NCBI GenBank assembly: GCA_043228905.1
Contig: JBHGNT010000017.1
Coordinates: 2,852,001-2,916,000 of the forward strand
Origin: Azolla caroliniana
Lineage: Eukaryota; Plantae; Polypodiophyta
DNA: 64,000 nucleotides
Direction: 5' to 3'
The notes beneath the pieces are model-generated. The model did not search any database and had not been told where the DNA came from. It was given only the letters and a program-made list of their open reading frames with translations. A program made the position numbers and the translations under genes. Every line of letters begins with the position of its first letter. The stretch's first letter is position 1. Of the stretch, positions 40,680 through 51,433 are shown piece after piece.

Positions 40680-41417
40680 TCACCGTTGCCAAAGACCTCT
40701 TCACCTTTCTCGGCACATACCGGAGGATGTGCGGGTTTGGTGGGGGTGGATGTCGTGACGATTTTCGGCTACGGTGTGAAACCGAGTGAGACGAATAAAC
40801 CAAGGATGTGCAACATTGCACATAAACTTAGTAAATAAGCCTCCTAAGGCCTAGTGGCACTTGAGTTCATACAGAGGGGTGCAAGCAAGGTTTGAACCTT
40901 GCACCTCTAAGATACAAGATAATTGCTTTACCACTAGGACAACTATCATATAGTGTAAATTTTATGTATTTCCTTTTCATATACAAATTATAGACGAAAC
41001 AACCATAGAAAACCATGTGCACAAAACCATGGTTTTAAACCCATGGTTTTAAACCCATGGTTTGTGCATGACATAAGCGAAACCGTGTGCACAAAACCAT
41101 GGTTTTAGCCCATGGTTTTGTGCATGTCACAAGCATGGAAAGACCTATAAAAGCCTCTAGTTGGGCTTGTGTAAGGGGGGCTCAATATGTGATATCACCA
41201 ACACCACTATCATGAATATAATTATATTTGTCTTTATCTTCTTCATGTTTTTCTACTTCTCAAGTGTACAATCTTTCTTCTTCTCAAGTGAACAAATTTC
41301 ATCCAATCTTACATTGATCGTCATCTAACGTCGATAATTCCGCGAACGTCCTCCCCAGTCCAAGACCCCGGTGGTCGCTCGAGTAGCACACGCACGCGCG
41401 AATCTTCGCGACAGCGC

Positions 41418-44153
41418 TTTCCATATGTACCACAAGGTGAAACCTGCAATCAGCATCCAGATTTCTGGAAACCTAGGGGATGCGGGCTGCAAGCCTCTTT
41501 CGAAACAGATCTTGACGATTTTGCCTCTCGTGCATACATAGCACCAACTATCCGCATTGACGGTGTCCGTCCACCCTTCGACCGAGTGACCAATCCATGT
41601 CGTAGTGCTCCACGAGGCTGTTCCTTCAACTTCACATGCCGCAAGGAGGCGAGTCACTCTATCCCAGATCTTTTGAGCTTGAGGACAATCCCACAGACAA
41701 TGTCTCAGAGTCTCAACAGGTCGAGAGCACAATGGGCAGATTAACGGGCCGCCGCGTTTACCTAGCCATTCACCAACGAGCACCACATTATGACCGATCT
41801 GCCACCAAAAGAGCTTGATCCTTTCAGGCATGTGGAGGCGCCAGAGACCTTTCCAAAAGGTAATGAGCACCTCATCGGGGATGCCCAATGTTCGCCAGCC
41901 ATTGCGAAGGGGGCTACCTAGCTGCAGCTGCAATGTCCGACCCAATTTAGTGGTGTAATCGAAGAAGTGATGGAGTCTATCATCATGTTTCCATCTGAAA
42001 TCCCCTGGGTCCCAATCCAGATCGACAAGGGGGCGACAACCATATACCCTTAACCTCCAATGGGGTTCCACCTTAGAAACATCTGGGTCTGTCTTCCAGA
42101 TGTTGTCAACCTGTGCCACCACTCGAATTGGGTGCCAAGAGCCCCTGCTCTGACTGTCCCCAAAGATTGTATCTCTCCTCGATCCGCTCACACCCTTTAG
42201 CAACTTGACCATTCCAACCTCGTCAAAGAGACCGAACCATGCAGGTTCTCTTGCCTCCTCCATCGGAACCCTGTCAACTGCCTCAGCTATCAGTCTCCGC
42301 ATTTTCGTAGCTCCCTTGAGGGGAGGGAAAAGGTCCTCTTGGGCTCTTCCTAAAACTACCATGCATCTCCAATCGTCTATAGATAGGAGGCATGTTTGTG
42401 CCAGTTTTCCTCATGCCAGGCCCTTAAGTTGCCCTAGCATCGTGTCGTCACTTGTTCGCACGTGAGGATTCCAGAATAGTGGCTGTCTAGTCCATTTGGT
42501 CAATGTCTCCGGGGTGTGTTTGACCAAATGATGTCGTAGATGGCACCATGCTCGCAAGATGGAGTTCGCGACCCTGTCCTCTAGATGGCAAACTAGCTTG
42601 GGTGGGACTCCGCTCATGCAGCACCAATTCAAGGAGTCGGGCCAAGGCCTACCATACTTGGGAGTTCCTGCTTGCAGCCTGTTGCGAAGTAGTACCTTCC
42701 AGCACCCCTTACCTGGCAGGAGGCAGCAAACCACCATTTTAGCAAGCAATGAACGACTTTCCATTAAGGGGTCTATGAGGCCAAGATTCCCTTTGGCCCG
42801 CGGTTGCGTTAACCAACACCATGACACTCTGGCAGCAGCCCTTGGGTTGTCCTTACCTGACCATATAAACCCCCTAATGGCAGCCTTAATCGCGTGTAGA
42901 CCTACAGGGTCCATAATCCAGCAGGAGACTGAGTGCCACATGGTAGCGACCAGCACTTGGTTTGCAACAAGGACCCTACCAGCGAAGGATAGTTTAGATC
43001 TACTCCATTGGGTCAACTTCCTGTTTATTTTGGCTTGTACGTGGGCCAATTGCGCTCCCTTGGGGATTGACCTCCCCATCGTAAATCCAAGGTACTTGAA
43101 CGTCGTCCCATTAGGGACCCACATAAAATCGGCATGGGGTTGCCATCTTGGTTTCTCTTGTTCGCTGAACCATAGGCCTTGGGTTTTATTCCAATTAATC
43201 TTGGCACTAGCCGCCTGACAAAAGTCCTCGACAAGATGTTCAGCCCGCTGCAGATTCTCCTCATCACCTTGCAAGAAAAGAACCGTATCGTCGGCATATT
43301 CAAATAACAGCAAATCTTTAGTCGCATTGGGGATGGGCAATCCCCGCAGCCCGCTGGTTGGTGCTTGTAAGTAGGCGGAGAACGCCTTGGTTACAAAGAG
43401 ATAGAGATATGGGGCTAGGGGACAACCTTGCCTCACTGAGCGTTGTAGTTGGAAGACGGGTCCCCTAGAACCAGCCATCGGCACGCTACTCGTAGCTGTT
43501 CGATAGAGTGCAGAAGTGCAATTCCTCCATTTTTGAGGTAGGCCCAAAGCTCGCATCACATTTTCCAAAAAGGGCCATAACACCCGGTCGTAGGCCTTCT
43601 CGAAGTCTAACATCAGAATAGCCGAGCTCGATACGGAACGGTCGGCCAATGCCATAGCTTCCCAAAGAAGCACCACATTATCAAAGATGCACCTGTTCTT
43701 GACAAATCCAGTTTGATTGTCATGTATGATGTCCGGTAAGAAGCTTGCTAACCGCCGAGCTAGGACTTTAGCGAGTATCTTGTATGTCGTGTTAAGGATC
43801 CTGATTGGATGCCACTGGCGCAACTCCAAGCTTCGCTCTGACGCTTTGGGGATGAGATATATCATCCCCTCAGCCAAACCAATTGGCATCTTTCCTGAGG
43901 ACCAAATCTCTTGAACTTCGGCTTCCAAAGACGGGATGACACATTCCCAATGAATCTCTAAGAAATCTCGTGAGAGACCATCGGGGCCGGGGCATGCACC
44001 CCTTCGCAATCCCCTAAGCGCCTCCGAGAGTTCTAAACGAGAGATGGGGCTATCGAGCACAATTTCCATCGCCTGGGTTACCTTGGGGTGAATGCAAGAC
44101 ATCACTCGATCAGCCAGCTCCGTGTGTTGCCTCACCTGCATAGGTGCGAGGAG
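41418..44153 (-). pseudogene. LINE ORF2 reverse transcriptase and zf-RVT region
   Basis: PGPDG, LDFEKAYDRV, RQGCPLAP, YADD, FKYLG; CPLC..ETLRHCLWDC; one frameshift near 42400. Confidence 0.95.
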
Positions 44154-44209
44154 GTCACTGTCGAGACTTGAGAATAGGAGAGAGAAAAATAAGATGACAG
44201 TAGAAGGTA

Positions 44210-44247
<38 letters not shown>

Positions 44248-44547
44248 ACTAGAGATGGAAAGAGAGTTTATATTATAAGAGAGCAAGGATTACAAAGAGT
44301 AGGCTAAGGGGCTACAAACTGGTGTTGAACCGAATGAGTTGTGATGAATGAATAGACACCTATTTATAGGTCCTTATGGAGTATTCTGGAAAGTTCTAGA
44401 ATATTTTAGATATTTATGATATTTAATATAATCATGGAATATCCTAGAATGTTCTAGAATACTCTAGAATGTTCTAGAATGTTCTAGAATTCTAAATGTC
44501 TTGTAATAACTAATAATACATTTATTATAACTATACATCATGTATGT

Positions 44548-44602
44548 TAGTATAATGGTTAAAGGTCTAACATATAGACCAAGACGTCTTGAGCTCGAAT
44601 CC
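44548..44602 (+). promoter_or_regulatory. tRNA-like A/B-box module, antisense in the LTR (also ~47954-48008)
   Basis: TAGTATAATGGTTAA, then 33 nt after the GG, AGCTCGAATCC. Confidence 0.55.
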
Positions 44603-44625
44603 TTGTAAGGCCAAAATGTATGTCG

Positions 44626-46881
44626 TTATGACATTATCCCCCCTTTTCGACGACGAGTTCCACGAGTCGGAAGACAAGATTTCGGACTTGGCTTATGAGG
44701 ATATTTGTTGTGAAATGCAGCAACCATTTCGGAGGCATTAGCAAGATTCTCAAGAGGTTCCCATGTTCGATCATTAGGTGTATAACCTAACCAGTCAACC
44801 AAATAATGCAGTTTGTTGCGAACGATCTTGGAGTCGAGAATGGCAGCAACTTCATATTCGGAGCCATCCGAAATTTCGATTGGAGGTGGGGGAGATGTAA
44901 GACGGCCTGGAATAGAGCTGGTTGTGTACAACTCCAAAAGTGAAACATGGAAGACCGGGTGAAGATGCATATGAGGGGGAAGATCAAGGCGAAATGCCAC
45001 ATCATTGATCTTACCAGATATCACATATGGGCCAAAACGTTGATAATCCAATTTGCAGCAAGGTCGGGTTGTTTTAATGCGACCTTGTAAAAGCCATACT
45101 CGATCCCCCACTTGAAACGTAGTCGATGAATCACGTCGATGATGGTCGGCAACCTTCTTTTGAGTGTTTTGAGCATCACATAAATGGTGCAAAAGGATAT
45201 CTTGAACTTCTTGGAGTCGGGTGAGCCGATCTTCAGCAGCTGGGTTTGTCGGGAGTTCGGGATGTTCAAGCATAGTCCAACGAGGATGGTACCCAATGTT
45301 TGCAAAAAATGGGGAATATCCAGTAGAAGAATGTTCTGAGTTGTTGTAAGCAAATTCCGCCAAATGTAATAGATCAACCCAATCATCTTGTTGATAGTTG
45401 ACAAAACAACGAAGATATTGTTCTACTATTTGGTTGGTGCGCTTACTCTGTCCGTTAGTTTCTGGATGGTAGCCGGAAGAGAGTTTGCAAGAAGTATGTA
45501 AGAGTTTGAACATGTGCCGCCAAAATTTTGAGATGAACAGGGGACCCCGATCACTGATAATATCATCAGGAAGACCATGATGCCGAAACACCTCTCGCAT
45601 GAGTAACTCGACTGTCTCTTGGCTCGTAATGGCCTTTGTGCAGGGAAGAAAATGTGCCATCTTGGTAAAACGATCTACTACCCTGATAATAGAATCAAAA
45701 CCCTTGGAAGGTGGTAGATCCGTAATGAAGTCCAATGAAATAGATTTCCATGGACTCTCAGGAATAGGCATTGGCTGTAATAAGCCATATGGATGATGTC
45801 GAGGTTTTTTGGATCGACAACATGTATCACAACTACGAACATAATCCGTAACAAAATGGCGAAGTCGTGGCCACCAATACCTTCGAGAAATTAACGCCAA
45901 AGTCTTGTGGATGCCAAAATGTCCAGCCATTGGTGTATCATGACATTGTTGCAAGACTTGGAGTCGAGAAGGACCATCAGGCACATATAAGAGATATTGT
46001 CGAAAAAGTAAACCATCATGCCAATTGAATTGGTTGTAGTCTTGACGAGGATTTTGAGATTGTGAACAAGAAGTACGATCTGGGATAATATGGCTCAAGA
46101 CATCAAATGTATTTTTATGACAGGGACTACCAGGCCTACTTGGGTTACGAGAAGGTGGGGCAGAAATTGAGATGGGATTGTCATGAGCACTTACTTGGTT
46201 AACTTGTCTTCGTGGTTTATGTGGACAATTCACAGCAATATGCCCTGGACCACCACAATAGAGGCATAGACGATTCGCTCGCCGTCGTTGCTTTTCAACA
46301 TCCAATAATGGTCCTCGACGTCGTGTTGTCTCGATTTCCATTGGAGTAGGGCCTTCCACCACACTTGACTTTGATACTTGGGGTGGAGTTGCAACCACCG
46401 AAGCATATGTTTTTGTTGGTCGAAAACGTAACATTTGTTGGCGCTCAGAACGCCGCTCAAATAAGCGATTGTCACATTGCACGGCCCGGCTTACTGCTTC
46501 AGTAAGAGATTTTGGATCATCATGGAAGGTAAGAAGTAAATCCTTCACATCATTACGCAGACCTTGACGAAATTGGTCCATTAATGCTGCCTCGTCCCAT
46601 GGAATATCACATGCTAGAAGGCGAAAATCTGCAGCATAAGCGGAAGCAGGATAATCTCCTTGTCGTAATCGCCGAATTTTGTTTATTGCAGTCCTCATAC
46701 TATCAGTGTCTCCAAAGTTGGCTTGGAACTCATTAATAAACCCTTCAAAATCTTCTAATAATGGTGAGTGCTTCTCTAGGAGTGGTGCAAACCACGCTAA
46801 TGCGGTACCCGTTAACAAGGTACCAACTAGACCCACACGAGCAACATCAATTGGGTAACGGCTAGGATGCAATTTAATCAC
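44626..46881 (-). CDS. In-frame Gag(CCHC)-integrase-chromodomain fusion lacking PR/RT/RH
   Basis: CLYCGGPGHIAVNC followed within ~100 aa by HDTPMAGH...CDTC, integrase core and chromodomain; gag 5' part (47224-47487) is cut off by an insertion and a stop. Confidence 0.85.
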   Translation of the reverse strand: MIKLHPSRYPIDVARVGLVGTLLTGTALAWFAPLLEKHSPLLEDFEGFINEFQANFGDTDSMRTAINKIRRLRQGDYPASAYAADFRLLACDIPWDEAALMDQFRQGLRNDVKDLLLTFHDDPKSLTEAVSRAVQCDNRLFERRSERQQMLRFRPTKTYASVVATPPQVSKSSVVEGPTPMEIETTRRRGPLLDVEKQRRRANRLCLYCGGPGHIAVNCPHKPRRQVNQVSAHDNPISISAPPSRNPSRPGSPCHKNTFDVLSHIIPDRTSCSQSQNPRQDYNQFNWHDGLLFRQYLLYVPDGPSRLQVLQQCHDTPMAGHFGIHKTLALISRRYWWPRLRHFVTDYVRSCDTCCRSKKPRHHPYGLLQPMPIPESPWKSISLDFITDLPPSKGFDSIIRVVDRFTKMAHFLPCTKAITSQETVELLMREVFRHHGLPDDIISDRGPLFISKFWRHMFKLLHTSCKLSSGYHPETNGQSKRTNQIVEQYLRCFVNYQQDDWVDLLHLAEFAYNNSEHSSTGYSPFFANIGYHPRWTMLEHPELPTNPAAEDRLTRLQEVQDILLHHLCDAQNTQKKVADHHRRDSSTTFQVGDRVWLLQGRIKTTRPCCKLDYQRFGPYVISGKINDVAFRLDLPPHMHLHPVFHVSLLELYTTSSIPGRLTSPPPPIEISDGSEYEVAAILDSKIVRNKLHYLVDWLGYTPNDRTWEPLENLANASEMVAAFHNKYPHKPSPKSCLPTRGTRRRKGGIMS

Positions 46882-46937
46882 AAGTCATACCTGATTTAAA
46901 AATCCACGAAACTGAGACCTTGTACCATCATCACCAT

Positions 46938-47108
46938 TTACCAATACTTGATAAACCCAATGTCCTTTGAGTAAATTCGGAAGCACTGTCTGCAACACAT
47001 GATGTTGTACTTGCGTATAAGGCCATGGACATTCCCACAGACACGGCAGGCCCAAGATCCAGCACCATACTTCTTCGGATGAGAGTTCCAAACAGCTGCG
47101 TGTCCCAT
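46938..47108 (-). pseudogene. RPS29: Captured intronless 40S ribosomal protein S29 (uS14) retrocopy, complete 56-aa ORF
   Basis: [56 protein letters not shown]; 171 nt; (GAA)n 5' leader 47109-47158; all Zn-binding Cys kept. Confidence 0.96.
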
Positions 47109-47158
47109 GGCTTCCTTCTTCTTCTTCTTCTTCTTCTTCGTGTACAGGGTGGGTTCAA

Positions 47159-47233
47159 GACGACATACATTTTGGCCTTACAAGGATTCGAGCTCAAGAC
47201 GTCTTGGTCTATATGTTAGACCTTTAACCATTA
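47159..47233 (-). repeat. Inverted 75-bp copy of the element's own tRNA-like LTR module
   Basis: Reverse complement of ~44553-44627 and ~47959-48033. Confidence 0.93.
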
Positions 47234-47567
47234 AACTTGGCCGACAGACTAATCTTGGGTTCCTTCGGCGAGGTTTGAACTTCCGCCGCTTGTCGTTGCA
47301 ATAGAGTAGTCTCCAATTGATGCACCCGTTGAGATAATTCTTCATATTGTTGTACTTTTTCAACACTTACTTGTTGTAGGTCTCCCAACAATCTTTGATT
47401 TTCATGCTCTACTGCCACGAATTTGGTTGTTAGCATTTCGAGCTCGGAGAGAACACGCATATATTCTTGCTTGCTGACGGACTCCATAGTTGCGATAGAA
47501 AATTGCTAGATTTGGTTGAATAAGGTTAAGATAAGAAGAAGAAGTTGGAGAAGAAGAAAAGAGATAG

Positions 47568-47578
47568 ATTCAGTTCAA
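47568..47578 (-). promoter_or_regulatory. Self-priming site (Tf1-like) instead of a tRNA PBS
   Basis: TTGAACTGAAT, 2 nt inside the 5' LTR boundary, is complementary (one G-U) to ATTCGGTTCAA (47759-47749), 33 nt downstream of the TATA box. Confidence 0.8.
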
Positions 47579-47631
47579 ACTGTCGAGACTTGAGAATAGG
47601 AGAGAGAAAAATAAGATGACAGTAGAAGGTA

Positions 47632-47669
<38 letters not shown>

Positions 47670-48044
47670 ACACTAGAGATGGAAAGAGAGTTTATATTAT
47701 AAGAGAGCAAGGATTACAAAGAGTAGGCTAAGGGGCTACAAACTAGTGTTGAACCGAATGAGTTGTGATGAATGAATAGACACCTATTTATAGGTCCTTA
47801 TGGAGTATTCTGGAAAGTTCTAGAATATTTTAGATATTTATGATATTTAATATAATCATGGAATATCCTAGAATGTTCTAGAATGTTCTAGAATACTCTA
47901 AATGTCTTGTAATAACTAATAATACATTTATTATAACTATACATCATATATGTTAGTATAATGGTTAAAGGCCTAACATATAGACCAAGACGTCTTGAGC
48001 TCGAATCCTTGTAAGGCCAAAATGTATGTCGTCATGATAGTCAC

Positions 48045-49264
48045 GATAGTATTGTGTTGCCATTTCTAGAATCTCATTCTTGTCCTCCGTTATCGAGCCG
48101 TTTGGTTTTTTCAAGCCTTGTATACGTCCACCACCACCCTTGGGTGCCTTGTAGTGAAAGAAATGTCGGTTGACCTTGTCGTCTTTTCTAGCCCACCATG
48201 CTACATTTCTTCGAAACAACATTCGGTTCTTCTCCAAAGTCCTTTCCTGTACCTTCATCTTTGCTTCCTCTAGCTTAGCTCTAGACCAAGTGCAACCAGG
48301 GTCTACCTGTAGCAGTCGTTGCGCTGCCGCAACGGCCTTCCTTAATTTTGTTTCAATGGCTCTAACCTGTTGGAGGGCGCTCTTGGTCTCTTGTTGTAAG
48401 GAGGAGAGGGCCAATTTGTTTTTCAAATCTTCGTTGGCTGATTCACTGCCCATGGTGTCTTGCCATATACTTTGTAAACCGGCCTTCACCTCTTCACTCT
48501 TCATGATCTTTGTGGGGATCTTCACATTGAGACTGCCCTTGCTATCGTTGGGTGGGTTAAGGTCCAGTCTCATCGGTTGATGATCTGAAAAGGTAAGACC
48601 TGCCCTTGCGATCTAGTCGTGCAAGACTACCGCCCCTAGCATTCCCGGCGGCTCTGGAAAAGTGCATCGAATGTGAGCTTCTCCTAAGGGAAGAGCCCCA
48701 TGTATCCTTCACCTCGATTTTACCAATTAGGAAAGCCCATGAATCCAGCTCCGCACCATAAATAGGCCTCTGGGTTCCTCCTTTCCTATCTCCCAAGTGT
48801 TCAGTCATGTTGAAATCACCTGCCATTACCCAAGCCTCGGCATCAGGTAATGTTGTCGCTAACATCCTCCAAAAGATTGCTCTCTCGGGGGCTGAGTTAG
48901 GGGCATAAATGTTTAGCACCCCAACCTATAGGTGATTCCATTTCAGAAGCACGTATAAGGCCCGACCCTCCACCAGCGTGCCAGATGATGTTACTTCGTA
49001 TCGGGCCTTATCGTTGATCGAGATGCAGACCCCTCCTCTTCGGTGGAGGTCACCCTGTGCAGCTGACCACCATGTGGTCCACCCACCCGACAAGGGGTTT
49101 ACTAAGCTCTGAGTTCGCTCTTGCGAGAGGTGGTGTTCCTGCAAAAGCAATATGTCAATATGGCCCCCTATATTAAGGGGATTCAGCTCCTCCTGAAGTC
49201 TTCTGCACTCTTGGTGTTGTCGGCCTCCACCAAGGCCCTGTACATTCCATGTTAGGATCCTCAT
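48045..49264 (-). pseudogene. LINE ORF2 apurinic endonuclease and linker (broken)
   Basis: MRILTWNVQGLG, LLLQEHH, NIYAPN, GDFN, RLDR. Confidence 0.92.
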
Positions 49265-49389
49265 CCGAAAGCGGTGACGTTGACGCCCATGTTCGGGTCG
49301 ATCCCCATGTTATGGGGCAACCTAACACCTATTTCGGGGGGTATGGTCTCCACAACAGGCTGCAAATCCCCTGCGGGATTCTCAGCCGG

Positions 49390-50730
49390 TCATTCCCGAC
49401 CCGCTTCAAATGGATCCCGCGATACATTTGTGCTCCAAAGCGGTGGTACCTCTTGCATCCCTCTATCTAAGAGAGTCATCGCCAAACCAGGTGTTGGTCG
49501 GCCTATCTTACCCCTTCCCTTGTCCTTGACCTTGCCCGTCCGGATCCACGATTTCACTAATCTGAGGCCACTACCACATTCACGTTCCAGCGGGAGGGGG
49601 GCCTTTGCCAACTTCTCTTCTGGGGTGGACGGTACGAGTTGGGGTTGCATCTCCATCGGGGTAGAGAACACAAGTTTAGGCTCTCGTGGGGGAAGGCATG
49701 AGGAGTCGCATGGGGACAGCATTGCCGCCAACGCTTCTGGGTCGCCATCCCCTAACCCTTGAAGAGGTGTAAATCTGTTGGTAGCTCTCACCTGTAGGTC
49801 GGGTGCATCAGCACTGCTGGAGAGGATCTTTACCCGCTTCAAGGGTTGCTCATCTGCGCTTGCTGGTGACAAGGTAGCGTGACTTCTTTCAAAGGGGTGG
49901 TCACGAAAAAGGGTGGAAGAGGATGCACCTAGGCCCCCAAGTTTCCCCTTCTTCTTAACGGGTATCCAAGGAGCCTTGTCACCCTTGGTTGGCCCGACTT
50001 TGCCCAAGGGTCGAGGTCCCGAGCTTCCCTTTCCAGTCTTGCGAGGACACGCCTTAGCTAGGTGTCCTGTCTGTTTGCAAATGAAACACTGCCCCGGGAG
50101 TCCCTTGTAAACCACTTCCACCATTGTGAGACCTAGCTCCTCAGAGTAGAGTGTAATCCTTGATGGAAGTCCTTGGAGGGAAGGCACCAAGATGCGCAAC
50201 TTGGGCATCTCCACAACTGTGTCTGCCATTGACACTTTTTGAGGACATATCATCCCTATTTGTTCGCCAAAAAGAGGGAGCAGATGGCACAAATGAGGAG
50301 GAAGGCCAGGAAATGTTGCGATGATCACCCTAGGGTTGTTGAGTTTCCGTAACTCTTCAATCGGATTGAACCCTGGTGACCATGGCTGGAGCAACACCTT
50401 GTCGTACTTCAGTTCGAATACCTTGAGCTCAACCAGTGGTTGCGCCAGCGAGCCATTACCTAATTTGATGTGGAAGAAGTTTTTCCCTAAACCCTTGACA
50501 CTCTTGATCACAGGCATGTTCTCCATCACAGCCACCTGGAACATGTCCCGAACCGTTCCCCGACTTGGTCTACCTGCCAGAAACCTACATATGAAGGAGG
50601 TACGCCGTAGACGTTCGATTTCCTCCGATAAGAAACGGTTGGGCTCAAGGGACAACGTAATGTCGAGATCTAATCCACCTTCTTCATCGAGCAAAATGGT
50701 CGTTGGTGGAAGCTCGATTCCTCCCTCCAT
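49390..50730 (-). CDS. LINE ORF1 (DUF4283-like region plus zinc knuckle)
   Basis: 446-aa ORF upstream of ORF2; LQPWSPGF, CFICKQTGHLAKAC. Confidence 0.88.
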   Translation of the reverse strand: MEGGIELPPTTILLDEEGGLDLDITLSLEPNRFLSEEIERLRRTSFICRFLAGRPSRGTVRDMFQVAVMENMPVIKSVKGLGKNFFHIKLGNGSLAQPLVELKVFELKYDKVLLQPWSPGFNPIEELRKLNNPRVIIATFPGLPPHLCHLLPLFGEQIGMICPQKVSMADTVVEMPKLRILVPSLQGLPSRITLYSEELGLTMVEVVYKGLPGQCFICKQTGHLAKACPRKTGKGSSGPRPLGKVGPTKGDKAPWIPVKKKGKLGGLGASSSTLFRDHPFERSHATLSPASADEQPLKRVKILSSSADAPDLQVRATNRFTPLQGLGDGDPEALAAMLSPCDSSCLPPREPKLVFSTPMEMQPQLVPSTPEEKLAKAPLPLERECGSGLRLVKSWIRTGKVKDKGRGKIGRPTPGLAMTLLDRGMQEVPPLWSTNVSRDPFEAGRE

Positions 50731-51046
50731 AGCGAGTTATGTGTCTTGCGAGGCTATCTATGTTGGTCTTCCCTTCCCCCTTTGTTTTGTGTGTTTTTTA
50801 ATTAATTAATTAATGTGCGTTTTCTGGTTGGGGGAGGGAGGGAGGATTGTGGGTGTGGGAGTACCTGGACAGCAGCTGGCGTTGTGCTCCTGCTCCTGCT
50901 CTGGTGGACAGCGCGCGCGTTCTTCATCGTGCACCTGCGCCTGCGACTGCTCCTGCTCGCCCTGTCTGCGCCTGCTACTCCCACTCCACGCTCTGTTGTT
51001 GCACACGCTCCCGCCATCGCTCCTCTGCCTGATATATATGTAGATT

Positions 51047-51399
51047 ATACTGGACCATACAAACCACAATACTTACATATATACATATACATACACACAC
51101 ATACACACACACACACACACATAGGATATATGCATGCATGTTACGTACATATTACAAACATACATCCATATACAAGCCATATACATACTAAACATGAAAA
51201 TATCCCAAAAATATACATACATAAATACATTATATATATATATATATACATACATACATTCATACATTTACATATACACACACACACACACATAGGATAT
51301 ATACATGCATGTTACGTACATATTACAAACATACATCCATATACAAGTCATATACATACTAAACATGAAAATATCCCAAAAATATACATACATAAATAC

Positions 51400-51433
<34 letters not shown>

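Larger units (their letters stand above)
37878..41413 (+). mobile_element. Young gag-only non-autonomous gypsy element (LTRs 37878-38526 and 40751-41413, 4-bp TSD GCGC)
   Basis: LTRs look identical apart from a 14-bp duplication; PBS 38532-38549; G-rich PPT 40733-40750; no pol motifs. Confidence 0.93.
44159..48039 (-). mobile_element. Tcn1-like chromovirus B, internally deleted (LTRs 44159-44633 and 47581-48039, TSD GTCAC)
   Basis: Paired LTRs; GTCAC on both flanks; PPT aaaaggggggataa; gag and INT-chromodomain present, PR/RT/RH absent. Confidence 0.95.
31657..51031 (-). mobile_element. Full-length L1-type LINE (about 6.2 kb net) with three nested LTR elements
   Basis: 15-bp TSD ATATATATGTAGATT at 31642-31656 and 51032-51046; A-rich tail at 31657-31668; ORF1 and ORF2 collinear. 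Confidence 0.93.

Noticed and set aside
46938-47108. The resident functional RPS29 gene
   Set aside because: Intronless, inside gag, 3' UTR truncated, two Arg>Trp changes; treated as a retrocopy.
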